NCBI GenBank assembly: GCA_965219955.1
Contig: OZ244799.1
Span: 1 to 64,000 of the forward strand
Direction of reading: 5' to 3'
Source of the DNA: a bacterium
GTDB lineage: Bacteria; UBA8248
Length of the DNA: 64,000 nt
The notes beneath the pieces were generated by a model. That model was not told the origin of the DNA. It was given only the letters and a program-made list of their open reading frames with translations, and searched no databases. A program made the translations under genes and the position numbers. This document shows, in pieces, positions 1 to 10,275 of this stretch. Every line of letters begins with the position of its first letter. The first letter of the stretch is position 1.

Positions 1-822
1 TCGCCCATCCTGACCCGCCAGATTAAGAACCTCAACGTGGTGGCGGAATCCACACAGGGCGACGTGGAGAACGTGCGCCGCATGGCAACGGGGGATCTGG
101 ACATGGCCATCGTCCACGCCCCGACCATGGCGGAGGCGTATCTCGGCGTCCGCTCCTTCAAGGGGAAGAAACCGGCCAAGGACGTCCGCGTGCTCATGAA
201 ATTCTACGACAGCCCCTTCGGTGTGCTCACGCTCCAGAAATCGGGCATCAAGACCTTCGATGATCTGAAGGGCAAGACCATCGCGGGCGGCCCGGCGGGC
301 AGCGGGAGCATCAAGAACTTCAAGATGGCCCTCAAGGCCTTCGGTTTGCTGGACACTGTAAAGATCAGGTACCTGACCTACGCCGACGAGACCAATGCCA
401 TGATCGACGGCACGCTCGACGCCGCGGCCCAGAACGGGCTGCACTCGGCCTGGACGCTCTCGCTGGACGCCCAGCGCCCCCTGCGCCTCGTGCGCATGAG
501 CGAGGCGCAGCGCCAGTTGTTCCTCAAAACGTATGCGGGATTCTGGGCGAAGACTTACGATCCGACGAAGGTGTTCAAGACCATCAAGGAGCCCTACCCC
601 ACGATCTGGAACTCGGTCTTCTGGGTGGCGAACAAGCGGGTTCCCGAGAAGATCGCCTACGACATCGTCAAGACGGTCTTCACACCCAAGGTCAAGAAGA
701 CGCTGCCGAAGATCCACAGGCTGATGCGCGGGATAGCCAACGGAGTGGAGGAAGCGAAGAAGTCGGGTTTGCCCATGCACCCGGGCGCGGCCAGATACTG
801 GAAAGAGAAGGGTATTAACTAA
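1..822 (+). CDS. TAXI-family TRAP solute-binding protein (5'-truncated by window edge)
   Basis: Frame open from base 1; ESTQGDVENV, GPAGSGS and C-terminal PMHPGAARYWKE motifs typical of TAXI proteins; followed by a fused TRAP permease. Confidence 0.9.
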   Translation, partial: SPILTRQIKNLNVVAESTQGDVENVRRMATGDLDMAIVHAPTMAEAYLGVRSFKGKKPAKDVRVLMKFYDSPFGVLTLQKSGIKTFDDLKGKTIAGGPAGSGSIKNFKMALKAFGLLDTVKIRYLTYADETNAMIDGTLDAAAQNGLHSAWTLSLDAQRPLRLVRMSEAQRQLFLKTYAGFWAKTYDPTKVFKTIKEPYPTIWNSVFWVANKRVPEKIAYDIVKTVFTPKVKKTLPKIHRLMRGIANGVEEAKKSGLPMHPGAARYWKEKGIN

Positions 823-909
823 ATCTCGAAGCCGGGTATTTCGCTCGGGTCTCGCGGCATGATTCATCGGCCGCGCGGCCCGGGCACTCCCTTGCCGAGG
901 AGTGATTCG

Positions 910-2784
910 ATGGCTCGTCAACCAGGGCTGCCCCAGACGAGACGGCTCGAAGGAGCGGTGCGTTACGCGATGGTGGCGGTCGCCGTCGTATTCTCCCTTT
1001 TCTACATCTACACGGGAACCTTCGGGATATTCTCGACGCACAGCCACCGGGGGTTCTACCTGATCTTCACGGGCATTCTCCTCTTCCTCCTCTACCCGGC
1101 GGGCGCCTCCTCTCCGCAGACCCGGCCCAGCGCAGTCGACTGGTTCCTCATCGCGCTCACGGTTTTCGCCGCCTATTACTGGATCTGGGACACGCCCTAC
1201 CGCGCGGAACGCATGGGCGAGCCCACGGCGATGGACATGGTCATCGGCGGCATGCTGATCGTCGTCTCCCTCGAGATGGGCAGAAGGGTGCTGGGAAACG
1301 TGCTGCCGATCCTGGCGCTGATCTTCATCGTCTACGCCTACGTGGGGCCCTGGCTCCCGGACACCGTCTTCGCCCACAAGGGATTCAGCGCGCAGCGCAT
1401 CCTGGAGTTCATGGCTTCGGAGGTGGCGGTGTTCGGCGTGGTCATCAACGCATATGCGTCCTACGTTTTTTTGTTCATCGCCTTCGCCGCCTTCCTGGAA
1501 GCGGCCGGCGGCGGGGAGTTCCTGGTTCAGTTCGCCAACGCCCTGGCCGGACGCAGCCGGGGCGGGCCGGCCAAGGTGGCGGTCATCTCCAGCGGCTTCG
1601 TGGGCTCCATGATGGGCAGCGGCGTCGCCAACGTGGTGGCCACGGGGTCGTTCACCATCCCCTTGATGAAGCGCACGGGCTACCGGCCCCACATCGCCGG
1701 CGCGGTGGAGGCGGCCGCATCGACGGGAGGCCAGTTCATGCCGCCCATCATGGGAGCGGCCGCGTTCATCATCGCGGCCATCACGGAGATTCCCTATGTG
1801 AACGTCATCGCGGTCGCCACCGTTCCCGCCGTGGTCTACTTCCTGTCGGTCCTCTTCTTCGTTCATATCGAGGCGGCCAAAGAAGGCATCCGCCTGGTTC
1901 CGGCCGAAGAGGTTCCGGCCTTGAAGAGCGTTCTCATGAGCGGGGGCCACCTGCTCCTGCCGGCGTTCCTCATGGTGTTCGTGCTCATCCAGGGGCACTC
2001 TCCCAACCTGGCCGCCGTGGTGGCCATCTATTCCGTCTTCGTGGTGAGTTTCCTGCGCCGCGAGACGCGCCTGACGCCGCAGCGTCTCCTGGACGCGCTC
2101 GTGCTGGGGGCGCGGAACTCGCTGGTGGTGGGCGCCACGGCCGGCGTGGTGGGCCTGATGATCGGCGCCATCATGCTGACGGGCCTTGGGATCAAGTTCA
2201 GCGATTTCATCATCAACGCCACCGGAGGCTACCTGTTCCTCACCCTCACGCTCGTGGGCGTCGTCTGCTATATCCTGGGGATGGGCATGACGGTGGTGGC
2301 CGCCTACGTCGTGGTCTCCGTCATCGCCGTGCCCGCACTGCAGCAACTCGGCGTTCCGCTTCTGGCTTCCCACCTGGTCGTCTTCTGGTTCATCCTCACC
2401 TCGGGCGTCACCCCGCCGGTCGCGCTGGCCGCCTTCGCGGCATCGGGCATCGCGCAATCAGACGTGAACCAGACGGCCTACGCGGCGCTGCGCATGTCGC
2501 TCGCGCTCCTCATCACGCCATTCCTTTTCGCCTACACGAACCTCCTGGATGTGGGGAACCCCGGCCCCATGCTGCTGACGGCCGTCAGCGTCACGCTCGG
2601 TTTCCTCGCCATGGTCGGCTGCCTGCAGGGGTTTCTGCTGGCGCCTGTCTCGGCGGTGCTCCGCGTACTGCTGGGAGTGTCCGCCGTGCTCCTTTTCATG
2701 CCTTCGCTGCTTCTGCGCGCGCTGGGATTCCTGGGTCTGGCGGGCGTTCTGGTTTCCCAGAAATGGGCCGGAAGCCAGACGTAA
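910..2784 (+). CDS. TRAP transporter 4TM/12TM fused permease
   Basis: GGPAKVAV, ANVVATGSFTIPLMK, EAAASTGGQFMPPIMG and TPPVALAAF motifs; ATG910 chosen for the GAGGAG RBS upstream. Confidence 0.92.
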   Translation: MARQPGLPQTRRLEGAVRYAMVAVAVVFSLFYIYTGTFGIFSTHSHRGFYLIFTGILLFLLYPAGASSPQTRPSAVDWFLIALTVFAAYYWIWDTPYRAERMGEPTAMDMVIGGMLIVVSLEMGRRVLGNVLPILALIFIVYAYVGPWLPDTVFAHKGFSAQRILEFMASEVAVFGVVINAYASYVFLFIAFAAFLEAAGGGEFLVQFANALAGRSRGGPAKVAVISSGFVGSMMGSGVANVVATGSFTIPLMKRTGYRPHIAGAVEAAASTGGQFMPPIMGAAAFIIAAITEIPYVNVIAVATVPAVVYFLSVLFFVHIEAAKEGIRLVPAEEVPALKSVLMSGGHLLLPAFLMVFVLIQGHSPNLAAVVAIYSVFVVSFLRRETRLTPQRLLDALVLGARNSLVVGATAGVVGLMIGAIMLTGLGIKFSDFIINATGGYLFLTLTLVGVVCYILGMGMTVVAAYVVVSVIAVPALQQLGVPLLASHLVVFWFILTSGVTPPVALAAFAASGIAQSDVNQTAYAALRMSLALLITPFLFAYTNLLDVGNPGPMLLTAVSVTLGFLAMVGCLQGFLLAPVSAVLRVLLGVSAVLLFMPSLLLRALGFLGLAGVLVSQKWAGSQT

Positions 2785-2955
2785 GCCGGAAAATCTCCTT
2801 TTCTGGATGAAATGGCATTCAGGATCGTGAATTGCATTTCATATCCTCTTGGCTACAATGATAATTACTGCAGTCTATTGTCCCGGTACTGAAATTATTC
2901 GTTTCTGAAGCCGCGCCATACGGCGGCCGAAACGCGCTTAGGAGGAGGTCAAGGC

Positions 2956-3909
2956 ATGGTGGAACGCAGAAGCTATTCGGGAATCCTGCCCGCGATGCAG
3001 GTTCCCATGCTGGACAACATGGATATCGACGAGGCCGAACTTCGCCGCTTCTCCGGGTGGCTGGCCGGATTCGAGGGGGTGAACGGACTCGTCACCAACG
3101 GCCACACGGGCGAGGTGTTCTCATTCACGGCGCGTGAGCGCGCCGAAGTGACGAGAATCGTCGTCGACGCCGTAGGCGGAAGCGTGCCCGTGATCTCGGG
3201 CCTTGCCTGCGAGGGCATCCGCGACGGCGTCGAGCAAGCCGAGATGGCCCGGGAGGCCGGGGCCGACGGGCTGCTTGTGATGCCGTTTCACCACTGGCTG
3301 CGCTTCGGGCACCGTCCGCAGCACGTCATCGACTACTTCACGGCGGTCGGCGAGGCGTCCGACCTGAACCTCGTGGTGCACGTCTATCCCGCGTGGACGA
3401 AGGCGAGCTACAGCTCGGAGCTACTGGGCGAACTCGGCCGGATTCCCTGGGTGACCTGCTTCAAGGTCGGCACGCGCGAGATGTCGCAATACGCGCGCGA
3501 CATCGCCTCCATCCGCGAGAACGCGCCCGACACGACGATCCTCACCTGTCACGACGAATATCTCCTCGCCTCGATGGTGCAGGGCGTGGACGGCGCGCTC
3601 GTCGGGTTCGCCTCGTTCATCCCCGACCTCATCGTGGCGCTCTACGAGGCCGTCAAGGCGGGCGACCTGCACCGTGCGCAGGAGATACAGGCGCGGATTC
3701 TGCCGCTCAAGGAAGTCGTCTATTCGAGCGGCGAGCCCTCAGGGGAGGCCCATGCGCGCATGAAGACGGCGATGGTGCTCGCCGGGCGCTTCAAGTCGGC
3801 CGCCGTGCGTCCTCCGAGCGAGGTCGCCAAGGGGCGCACGTACGAGGCGATCAAAAGCGCCGTGGAGGAATCGGGCCTGCTGGAACTCGAAACCGCGACA
3901 ACCGGATAG
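2956..3909 (+). CDS. Dihydrodipicolinate synthase (DapA/NanA) family aldolase/lyase
   Basis: GLVTNGHTGE motif, ADGLLVMP, FK(V)G Schiff-base Lys region; GGAGGAGG RBS. Confidence 0.85.
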   Translation: MVERRSYSGILPAMQVPMLDNMDIDEAELRRFSGWLAGFEGVNGLVTNGHTGEVFSFTARERAEVTRIVVDAVGGSVPVISGLACEGIRDGVEQAEMAREAGADGLLVMPFHHWLRFGHRPQHVIDYFTAVGEASDLNLVVHVYPAWTKASYSSELLGELGRIPWVTCFKVGTREMSQYARDIASIRENAPDTTILTCHDEYLLASMVQGVDGALVGFASFIPDLIVALYEAVKAGDLHRAQEIQARILPLKEVVYSSGEPSGEAHARMKTAMVLAGRFKSAAVRPPSEVAKGRTYEAIKSAVEESGLLELETATTG

Positions 3910-3951
3910 ACATTCATCTCTCAAGGAAAAACCAACGAGGGGAGGAAACCC

Positions 3952-4965
3952 ATGCTCAGAAACAGAATGCGCTTCAAGGGCCTGATGGCCGCCCTTCTGC
4001 TGGCTGCGTCGACCCTGGTCGCCGCTCCTGCGGCATCCGCCGCCGATCCGTTCAGCATCGGCGCGATGCGGCCCGGTTCGGCCTGGTACGTCTTCGGCGC
4101 CACGCTGGCGCAACTGCTCAAGCCCAGCCTGCCCAAGGGCAGCAACCCCGAGGTCATCGCGCGCGGCGGCGGCGTGAGCAATCCCGCCGCCGTGGACAAG
4201 AAAAAGGCGACCATCGCGCTCTCGAACGTGGCTTCTGCGCTTTGGGCCTACAACGGACTCGAGGGCGTCTACAAGCAGAAGCACGAGGGCATCCGCGCGC
4301 TCATCGGCGGGCTGAACAAGGTGCGCGTCACCGCCATGGTGACCGAGAGCTACATCAAGCGAACGGGCAACGACACGCTCGAGAAGGCGCTGCTCTCCAA
4401 GCCGCCCGCGCGCATCGTCATGAAGCCGGCGGGCAGCACCGTCCCCGTCGTCGCCGACATGCTGATGGCCGCGCTTGGCACCAGCCGCAAGGACATGAAG
4501 GCGCGTGGAGGCAAGATCATCCAGGTGGCCGCGAACCAGATTCCGGCGATCATCAAGGACGGCCGCGCGGATCTTTACTTCGAGGTCGCCATCCCGAGGC
4601 ACCCGACGGTGACGGAAGTCACGACCACCAACGCGATGCGCTTCCTGAGCTTTCCGCCCAAGGCGCTCAAGGCCCTCGCCGCCCACGGCCTGAGGACGGC
4701 GGCCGTGCCGGGCAAGTGGTTCAAGGGCATCAAGGGCAAGGTGATGGCGGTCGACCTCGGCACCGTGCTCATCGCGCACAAGGACATGCCGGATTCACTC
4801 GCCTACACCATCACGAAAACGCTGGCCGAGAACAAGAAGGCCATGGGCAAGGCCCACGCGGCCTGGAGATTCTTCAAGCCCGAAAACGGCGGCAAACCGG
4901 CCAGCACCGGGGTGCCGCTGCATCCGGGCGCGGCGAAGTATTTCAAGGAAAAAGGCTGGTTGTAG
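3952..4965 (+). CDS. TAXI-family TRAP solute-binding protein
   Basis: Signal peptide, GSAWY, GGGVSN, C-terminal PLHPGAAKYFKE. Confidence 0.9.
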   Translation: MLRNRMRFKGLMAALLLAASTLVAAPAASAADPFSIGAMRPGSAWYVFGATLAQLLKPSLPKGSNPEVIARGGGVSNPAAVDKKKATIALSNVASALWAYNGLEGVYKQKHEGIRALIGGLNKVRVTAMVTESYIKRTGNDTLEKALLSKPPARIVMKPAGSTVPVVADMLMAALGTSRKDMKARGGKIIQVAANQIPAIIKDGRADLYFEVAIPRHPTVTEVTTTNAMRFLSFPPKALKALAAHGLRTAAVPGKWFKGIKGKVMAVDLGTVLIAHKDMPDSLAYTITKTLAENKKAMGKAHAAWRFFKPENGGKPASTGVPLHPGAAKYFKEKGWL

Positions 4966-5039
4966 ACCGACCACGACGGGGCGGAGGACAGAGAGTTTCG
5001 TCTTCCGCCCCGTTTTCTCGCATCGGGGTTTCATGAGCC

Positions 5040-6893
5040 ATGCGCATGGTCACGCTCGCTATCGGCGCCCTCTGGCTGGCGTTCCAGATGTGGATCGTCT
5101 TCTACCCCCAGGCCCCGCTGGTTGAGCGGCCCCTCCACCTGCTTCTGGCGCTGGCGCTCGTCCTGCTCTTTCATCCGCTGAGTAAAAGGGGCGCTCCGCT
5201 GCGGCGCGCCCGCCTGGCGGACGCTTTGCTGCTGGCGGGAACGCTGGCCGTCTTTGCGTATTACGCTCTCGCCTCGACACGCCTCACCGAGCGCATGGAG
5301 ACCATCGACCCGGTGCTCGCCGTCGACGTGGCGGCCTTCGCGCTCATCATGATCCTGTTGTTCGAGGGCGTGCGCCGCACGGTGGGCTGGCCGCTCCTGG
5401 GCGTTCTGCTCGTTTTTTTCGCCTATGCGTTCATCGGGAAGATGCTGCCCGGCGCATTCGGCTTCCGGGGCTTCACGATCGACGAAGTGGTCGAGATCAT
5501 GACGATGACGACCAACGGCGTGCTGGGGATCACCACGGCGACTTCGCTTCAGTTCGTCTTCTACTTCGTGCTCTTCGGTGCGGTTTACTCAGGCATCGGC
5601 GGCGGGCAGTTGTTCATCGACCTGTCGCTCAAGGTGGCGGGCCGCTTCGCCGGAGGCGCCGCGAAGGCCGCCGTCGTGAGTTCGAGCCTGATGGGTTCGA
5701 TCAGCGGCAGCGCGGTGGCGAACGTGGCGACGACGGGCGTCTTCACCATCCCCCTGATGCGGAAGACCGGCTACGGCCCTGCGCACGCGGGCGCGGTGGA
5801 GGCCATCGCTTCCACGGGCGGGCAGCTCATGCCGCCCATCATGGGCATCGCCGCGTTCGTGATGGCGGAACTGCTGCAGATATCCTACGCGCGTATCGCG
5901 GCAGCCGGGCTCATCCCCGCGCTCGCGTTCTACGCCGCCATTTTCATTTTCATCGACCTGCGCGCGCGGGCCGAGGGCGCGCTCGCGCTCGGGGCGAGCG
6001 AACTGACGCCCGAAGACCCCATCGCGGGAAGGCTCTACCTGCTCATACCGCCGCTGGTGCTGATCGCCATGCTGATAGCGGGCTTTTCGGCCACCTACGC
6101 CGCCGTCATCGGCACGGCTTCTTGCGCCGTGGTCGCCTATTTTCGCCGCCGTAGCTGGCTGAGCATCCCCGATTGGTGCGAAGTGGTGCGCAGCGGCGCG
6201 CGGCAGGCAGCGGAAATCGCCGTGCCCATCGCCGCCATCGGTATCATCATCGCCGTCGCCATCCAGTCAAACCTGGCGCTCAAGTTCTCCTCGGGCCTCA
6301 TCGGCGCATCGGGCGGCAAGCTGTTTTTCGCCATGTTCCTGATCATCGTCGGGTGCCTCATCATGGGGATGGGACTGCCGACGGTCGCCGCCTACATCAT
6401 CGGGGCGATCCTCTTCGCGCCGGCGTTAAAGGATTTGGGCATCGCCGAGTTGCCGGCGCATTTCTTCGTGATGTACTACTGCGTGCTCTCGATGGTGACG
6501 CCGCCGGTGGCGCTGGCGTCGTTCACCGCTGCGGGAATCTCGGGCGCGGGTTCGATGGAGACGAGCCTCATCGCCTTTCGCCTGAGCCTCGTTTCGTTCC
6601 TGATCCCCTTCGCCTTCGCGTTCGACCCGAGGCTGCTGGGGCAGGGCGAGCTGGGGTGGGTCGTCGTGGCGTGTGTTTCGCTGTTCTGCGCCACGGGCGC
6701 GTGGGCGGTCGCGCTGAGCGGATACCTCAAGGGTCCCCTGCGCCTGCCCGAACGCGCGCTCTACGGGGCCGTCGCCGTGGCCGTCATTCTGTTCCCCACC
6801 GGCGGGACCGCCTGGGCGCTCGCGTTCACGGGGCTGCTCGCTCTGGCGGCGTGGGGGCTGTGGCTCGGCCCGCGCCTGCGCGCCGCAGGATGA
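5040..6893 (+). CDS. TRAP transporter 4TM/12TM fused permease
   Basis: SGSAVANVATTGVFTIPLM, ASTGGQLMPPIMG, GMGLPT, TPPVALA. Confidence 0.92.
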   Translation: MRMVTLAIGALWLAFQMWIVFYPQAPLVERPLHLLLALALVLLFHPLSKRGAPLRRARLADALLLAGTLAVFAYYALASTRLTERMETIDPVLAVDVAAFALIMILLFEGVRRTVGWPLLGVLLVFFAYAFIGKMLPGAFGFRGFTIDEVVEIMTMTTNGVLGITTATSLQFVFYFVLFGAVYSGIGGGQLFIDLSLKVAGRFAGGAAKAAVVSSSLMGSISGSAVANVATTGVFTIPLMRKTGYGPAHAGAVEAIASTGGQLMPPIMGIAAFVMAELLQISYARIAAAGLIPALAFYAAIFIFIDLRARAEGALALGASELTPEDPIAGRLYLLIPPLVLIAMLIAGFSATYAAVIGTASCAVVAYFRRRSWLSIPDWCEVVRSGARQAAEIAVPIAAIGIIIAVAIQSNLALKFSSGLIGASGGKLFFAMFLIIVGCLIMGMGLPTVAAYIIGAILFAPALKDLGIAELPAHFFVMYYCVLSMVTPPVALASFTAAGISGAGSMETSLIAFRLSLVSFLIPFAFAFDPRLLGQGELGWVVVACVSLFCATGAWAVALSGYLKGPLRLPERALYGAVAVAVILFPTGGTAWALAFTGLLALAAWGLWLGPRLRAAG

Positions 6894-6937
6894 GGGAAAT
6901 CCATGGATGGTGAAGCCCGTAATGGAGAATCGACAAG

Positions 6938-7768
6938 ATGAGTTGGCGTCCGTTTCATCACAAAAAGAGTAATGAAAACCCGGTCGAGACGACGTGGCTT
7001 CGCCTCGCGGTAATTTGCCTGCTGTTGCCTGTAGCCTGGAGTTTTTCCACGAACACCCAGGCTTGGGGCGAAGCTGCTGCCCCGATGGTCGTGCGCGCCG
7101 AATCCCCGAATCCTCCCAAGGTCTCCGAGGCCACCCTTCTGGCTCACCGCATCCTGGCGAGAGAAAGCGACGAATTGCTCCTCGATGAGGAACGGCGGCG
7201 CGACCTCGCCCGCGAGATCGAGGGGGTTCTCGATCGGCTGAGATACGCGCACCCCGAAATGGCGAAAGTTTCCGCCCGGTCGGCCCATCTACCTGGGGTG
7301 CTTCTCCTGGGCGTGAAGCCCGGATTGTTCCGGGCGGTCGCAGACCTCATTGAAGGCAAGGACGGACCCGTGGCGCTGCGCACCGGCAATGCGGCGTTCG
7401 ACGCCTTGAACGCGAAACTCAGGTTAAAGGCCGTGCGGCCATACCGCCACACGGGCGTCCTCGCCATGCACGTGAGCGAGCGCGCAAACGTCGGGGCGGC
7501 GCGGCGGGCGTACGGGAAAATAGCGGGAGTCGAGTTTGCTGAGCCCGATGCGTATCTGGGCGGCGGCTCCGACATCGAGGCGGCGAAAGCGGGCGGCGTC
7601 TGGCATATCGTCGTCCGCAAGGCATGGGGGGACTGTACCGCCGGCTGCATCTACAAGAAGCTGTTTTTCTTCACCGTGAAGGAGGGGCAAGTCGAGCGGG
7701 TCGAACCGGCGCGCGCGGTGGATACCCTCGCGTTCAGGAAACTCCTCTGGATCAGAAGGTGGCGTTGA
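6938..7768 (+). CDS. Hypothetical exported protein
   Basis: 276-aa ORF with a hydrophobic signal-like stretch (true start may be downstream) and a C-terminal WGDCTAGC motif. Confidence 0.65.
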   Translation: MSWRPFHHKKSNENPVETTWLRLAVICLLLPVAWSFSTNTQAWGEAAAPMVVRAESPNPPKVSEATLLAHRILARESDELLLDEERRRDLAREIEGVLDRLRYAHPEMAKVSARSAHLPGVLLLGVKPGLFRAVADLIEGKDGPVALRTGNAAFDALNAKLRLKAVRPYRHTGVLAMHVSERANVGAARRAYGKIAGVEFAEPDAYLGGGSDIEAAKAGGVWHIVVRKAWGDCTAGCIYKKLFFFTVKEGQVERVEPARAVDTLAFRKLLWIRRWR

Positions 7769-7896
7769 CGCCGGATGCCTGAGGTGAGAGGCTCCCCCCG
7801 CTTCCAAGTGAAAAATAAAGATTGATCGAGAGAACAGGGGTAGCAGGGTCATTATCCACACCAGTCGAGAGACGCACCCGAGGAGGAAGTTGAACA

Positions 7897-8274
7897 ATGA
7901 ACATCGCATACGTTTTCGCCACCGACATGTCGGCGACCTACAAGCTGGGCACCATGATCCTCCCGCAACTCGAAGCGGGCAACCACGGGGTGAACGTCGT
8001 CGGCATGTTCTTCTTCGACGACAACCTGTTCTGCCTGCGCGAGGGCGACGAGGTGGGCGAGCGCCTGGCCAAGGTCGCCGCGGAGCAGAACATCCTCCTC
8101 ATGGTCTGCGATCAGTGCGACGTGCGGCGCAACCTCGCCGAGGGCACGTTCGAACAATGCGGCTCCGGCGACGTCAAGGCGAAAGGCCTGGTGGCCGGCG
8201 TGGGCGCAGGCTGCTTCCCGCAGCTCTACGCCGCGCTCGCTCCCGCCGCGCCCGACCTCGTCATCACGCTGTAG
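7897..8274 (+). CDS. DsrE-like (SaoD-type) sulfur/selenium relay protein
   Basis: YKLGTMILPQLE..HG..VVGMFFFDDN and MVCDQC..GCFP pattern recalled for the SaoD/DsrE family; GAGGAGG RBS. Confidence 0.7.
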   Translation: MNIAYVFATDMSATYKLGTMILPQLEAGNHGVNVVGMFFFDDNLFCLREGDEVGERLAKVAAEQNILLMVCDQCDVRRNLAEGTFEQCGSGDVKAKGLVAGVGAGCFPQLYAALAPAAPDLVITL

Positions 8275-8403
8275 GCGTTCGGCGGATTCGTCTGTTTCGC
8301 TGTCGGCAATTCTTGTGATTCGGTAGGGACGGCCCCTCCTCGGGGTCGTCCCGCAGGTCGCGACCTGTCCCTGCTTTTTCTCGTGTGGCCTATTCCCCCG
8401 AGA

Positions 8404-8566
8404 GGGCTGTTGAATAAGCCCTGTCCGCCCTTCGAGATTGTTCGCCGTAGGGACAGGCCTCCGTGCCTGTCCGAGGAGACTACGAGGTAGACATCCCCCA
8501 TACGGGCGGGCACGGAGGCCCGCCCCTACGAGTCGATCCCGAGCGATGAGGGTTTTTCAACAGTCC
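8404..8566. mobile_element. MITE with IS1182-type terminal IRs carrying a GTAG-REP doublet
   Basis: gggctgttgaataag...gtttttcaacagtcc ends; internal gtagggacaggcctccgtgcctgtcc...gggcgggcacggaggcccgcccctac. Confidence 0.7.
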
Positions 8567-8600
8567 AGAGAGGGGCGGTTCGTGAACCGTCCGCAATGAC

Positions 8601-9422
8601 TCAGCCGGATGCGAGCACGCAGTAGGAGTGCAGCCCCGTCCACTCGGCGAGAGCCGGGGCGGATTCGGGCGCGCAGCGCATGCAGACGTCCAGCATGGCC
8701 CCTGCGCGGATGATTTTAAGCTGGTTTCTCGCCTCGAAGGCTGAGAGATCGTCGAAGCCCGTCACCCATTTCGCCCCGAAGTGGTCCTCGAAATAATCCG
8801 AGGTCGCCGTCATCGTCTCGTTCCCGGACGTGCGGTTGATGATTTTCTCGGAGAAATAATCGAAGGCGACGATGAAGCGGGGAACCTGCGCGCGCAGCCT
8901 CTCCAGAAAATCATGGAGCAGGTCGACCGGCAGATACATGGTGTTCCCCTCCCAGATGAACAGGGTCGGGGCCTCCAAATCGAAACCCGCCTGGCCAAGT
9001 TCTCCCGGAAGGTCGAGTTCGAGGTAATTGCCCGCAATCGCGCGGCAGGGCGCGACGCCGCGGGCTTTCAGAACCTTGCGTTTGAATTCGAGCACCCCCG
9101 GCTGATCGACGTCGCAGAAGCGGACGCCCGGGGTGCGGAAAATGTGGGCGCGCATGTCGAAGCCCGCGCCCAGCGTGACGACCTGCCTCACGCCGTCTGC
9201 TATCTCGCTTTCTAAGGTCTCGTTCATGATGCGCACCCGGTAGCGAGCCGTCTCGCGCACCGCCGGAAAAGCATGGATGAGTTCGCGGAACTTCGCCGTC
9301 GCCTCCTCGTCGTTGAACCACGCGGCAAAAGGGTCCTCGAACAGGGGGCGCGCCTCGTCTTTTTCCATCTGCCGGACGCATGAAGGGAAAAACGCCGTGG
9401 AGCCGACCTCGTTGATTTCCAC
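8601..9422 (-). CDS. SAM-dependent methyltransferase, leucine-carboxyl-methyltransferase-like (copy 3)
   Basis: QVVTLGAGFDMR, DVDQP and IWEGNTMYL motifs; GTG start at 9422 by alignment with paralogs. Confidence 0.88.
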   Translation of the reverse strand: MEINEVGSTAFFPSCVRQMEKDEARPLFEDPFAAWFNDEEATAKFRELIHAFPAVRETARYRVRIMNETLESEIADGVRQVVTLGAGFDMRAHIFRTPGVRFCDVDQPGVLEFKRKVLKARGVAPCRAIAGNYLELDLPGELGQAGFDLEAPTLFIWEGNTMYLPVDLLHDFLERLRAQVPRFIVAFDYFSEKIINRTSGNETMTATSDYFEDHFGAKWVTGFDDLSAFEARNQLKIIRAGAMLDVCMRCAPESAPALAEWTGLHSYCVLASG

Positions 9423-9427
9423 GAAAT

Positions 9428-10270
9428 TCAGGACGCCTTGAGCACGCAGTAGGAGTAGAGTTTCAGCAGTTCGGCCGCCGCGTCCATGAACTCCTTGATT
9501 TCCGCCACGGACTGCGGCGCGTGGCGCTCGCCGAACTCCATGAGGCTTTCGGATTCGATGGCTTCGAGACGGTGTTTTTCCTGGAACACGGAGAGGTCGT
9601 CGAAACCCGTCACCCATTTCACCCCGAAGTTGTTTTCAAACATATCCGTGATTTCGGTGATTCTCTCATCGCCGGTCGCGCGGTTGACGATCTTTTCGGA
9701 GTAATAGTCGAAGGCGATGGTCATGTGCGGAATCTGCGCGCGCATCCTGTCGAGGAAATCATGGATCAGCGTGAGCGGCAGGTACATGGTGTTGCCTTCC
9801 CATATGAACAGGATGGGGGCTTCGAGGTCGAAGCCCGCTTTTTTCAGTTCCCGGGGCAGATCGACTTCCAGGTAGTTGCACTCGATACCGGGGGAGGGCG
9901 CAACGCCGCCCGCTTCCAGCACCTTGTTCTTGAACTGCAGGACCGCCGGCTGATCGACGTCGCAGAACCGGACGCCTTCGGTTCGATAGATGTGAGAGCG
10001 CATGTCGAAGCCCGCGCCGAGCGAGACGATCTGCTTCATGTCGTCCGCGATGCCGCGCTCGACGATCTCGCTCATGACGCGAACCCGGTAGCGGACCAGT
10101 TCCCTGGAGGGCGGGAAAACGCGTATCAGTTCCTGGACCTTCTCCTCTATCGCCTCGTTGACGAACAAAGCCGCGTAGGGGTCGTCGAACAGCTTGTGCT
10201 CCTGGTCTTTTTCCATCGCCCGCATGCAGGAAATGACGAACGCGGTTGCGCCGATTTCGTTGATGTCCAT
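9428..10270 (-). CDS. SAM-dependent methyltransferase, LCM-like (copy 2)
   Basis: Same motifs; ATG at 10270 (MDINEIGATAF). Confidence 0.88.
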   Translation of the reverse strand: MDINEIGATAFVISCMRAMEKDQEHKLFDDPYAALFVNEAIEEKVQELIRVFPPSRELVRYRVRVMSEIVERGIADDMKQIVSLGAGFDMRSHIYRTEGVRFCDVDQPAVLQFKNKVLEAGGVAPSPGIECNYLEVDLPRELKKAGFDLEAPILFIWEGNTMYLPLTLIHDFLDRMRAQIPHMTIAFDYYSEKIVNRATGDERITEITDMFENNFGVKWVTGFDDLSVFQEKHRLEAIESESLMEFGERHAPQSVAEIKEFMDAAAELLKLYSYCVLKAS

Positions 10271-10275
10271 GGAAC

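Noticed and set aside
3393-5036. 547-aa Arg/Gly-rich ORF, and similar long shadow ORFs (12768-14213, 50891-52375, 57127-58782)
   Set aside because: Alternative-frame or antisense shadows of clear genes, expected in high-GC DNA; no motifs
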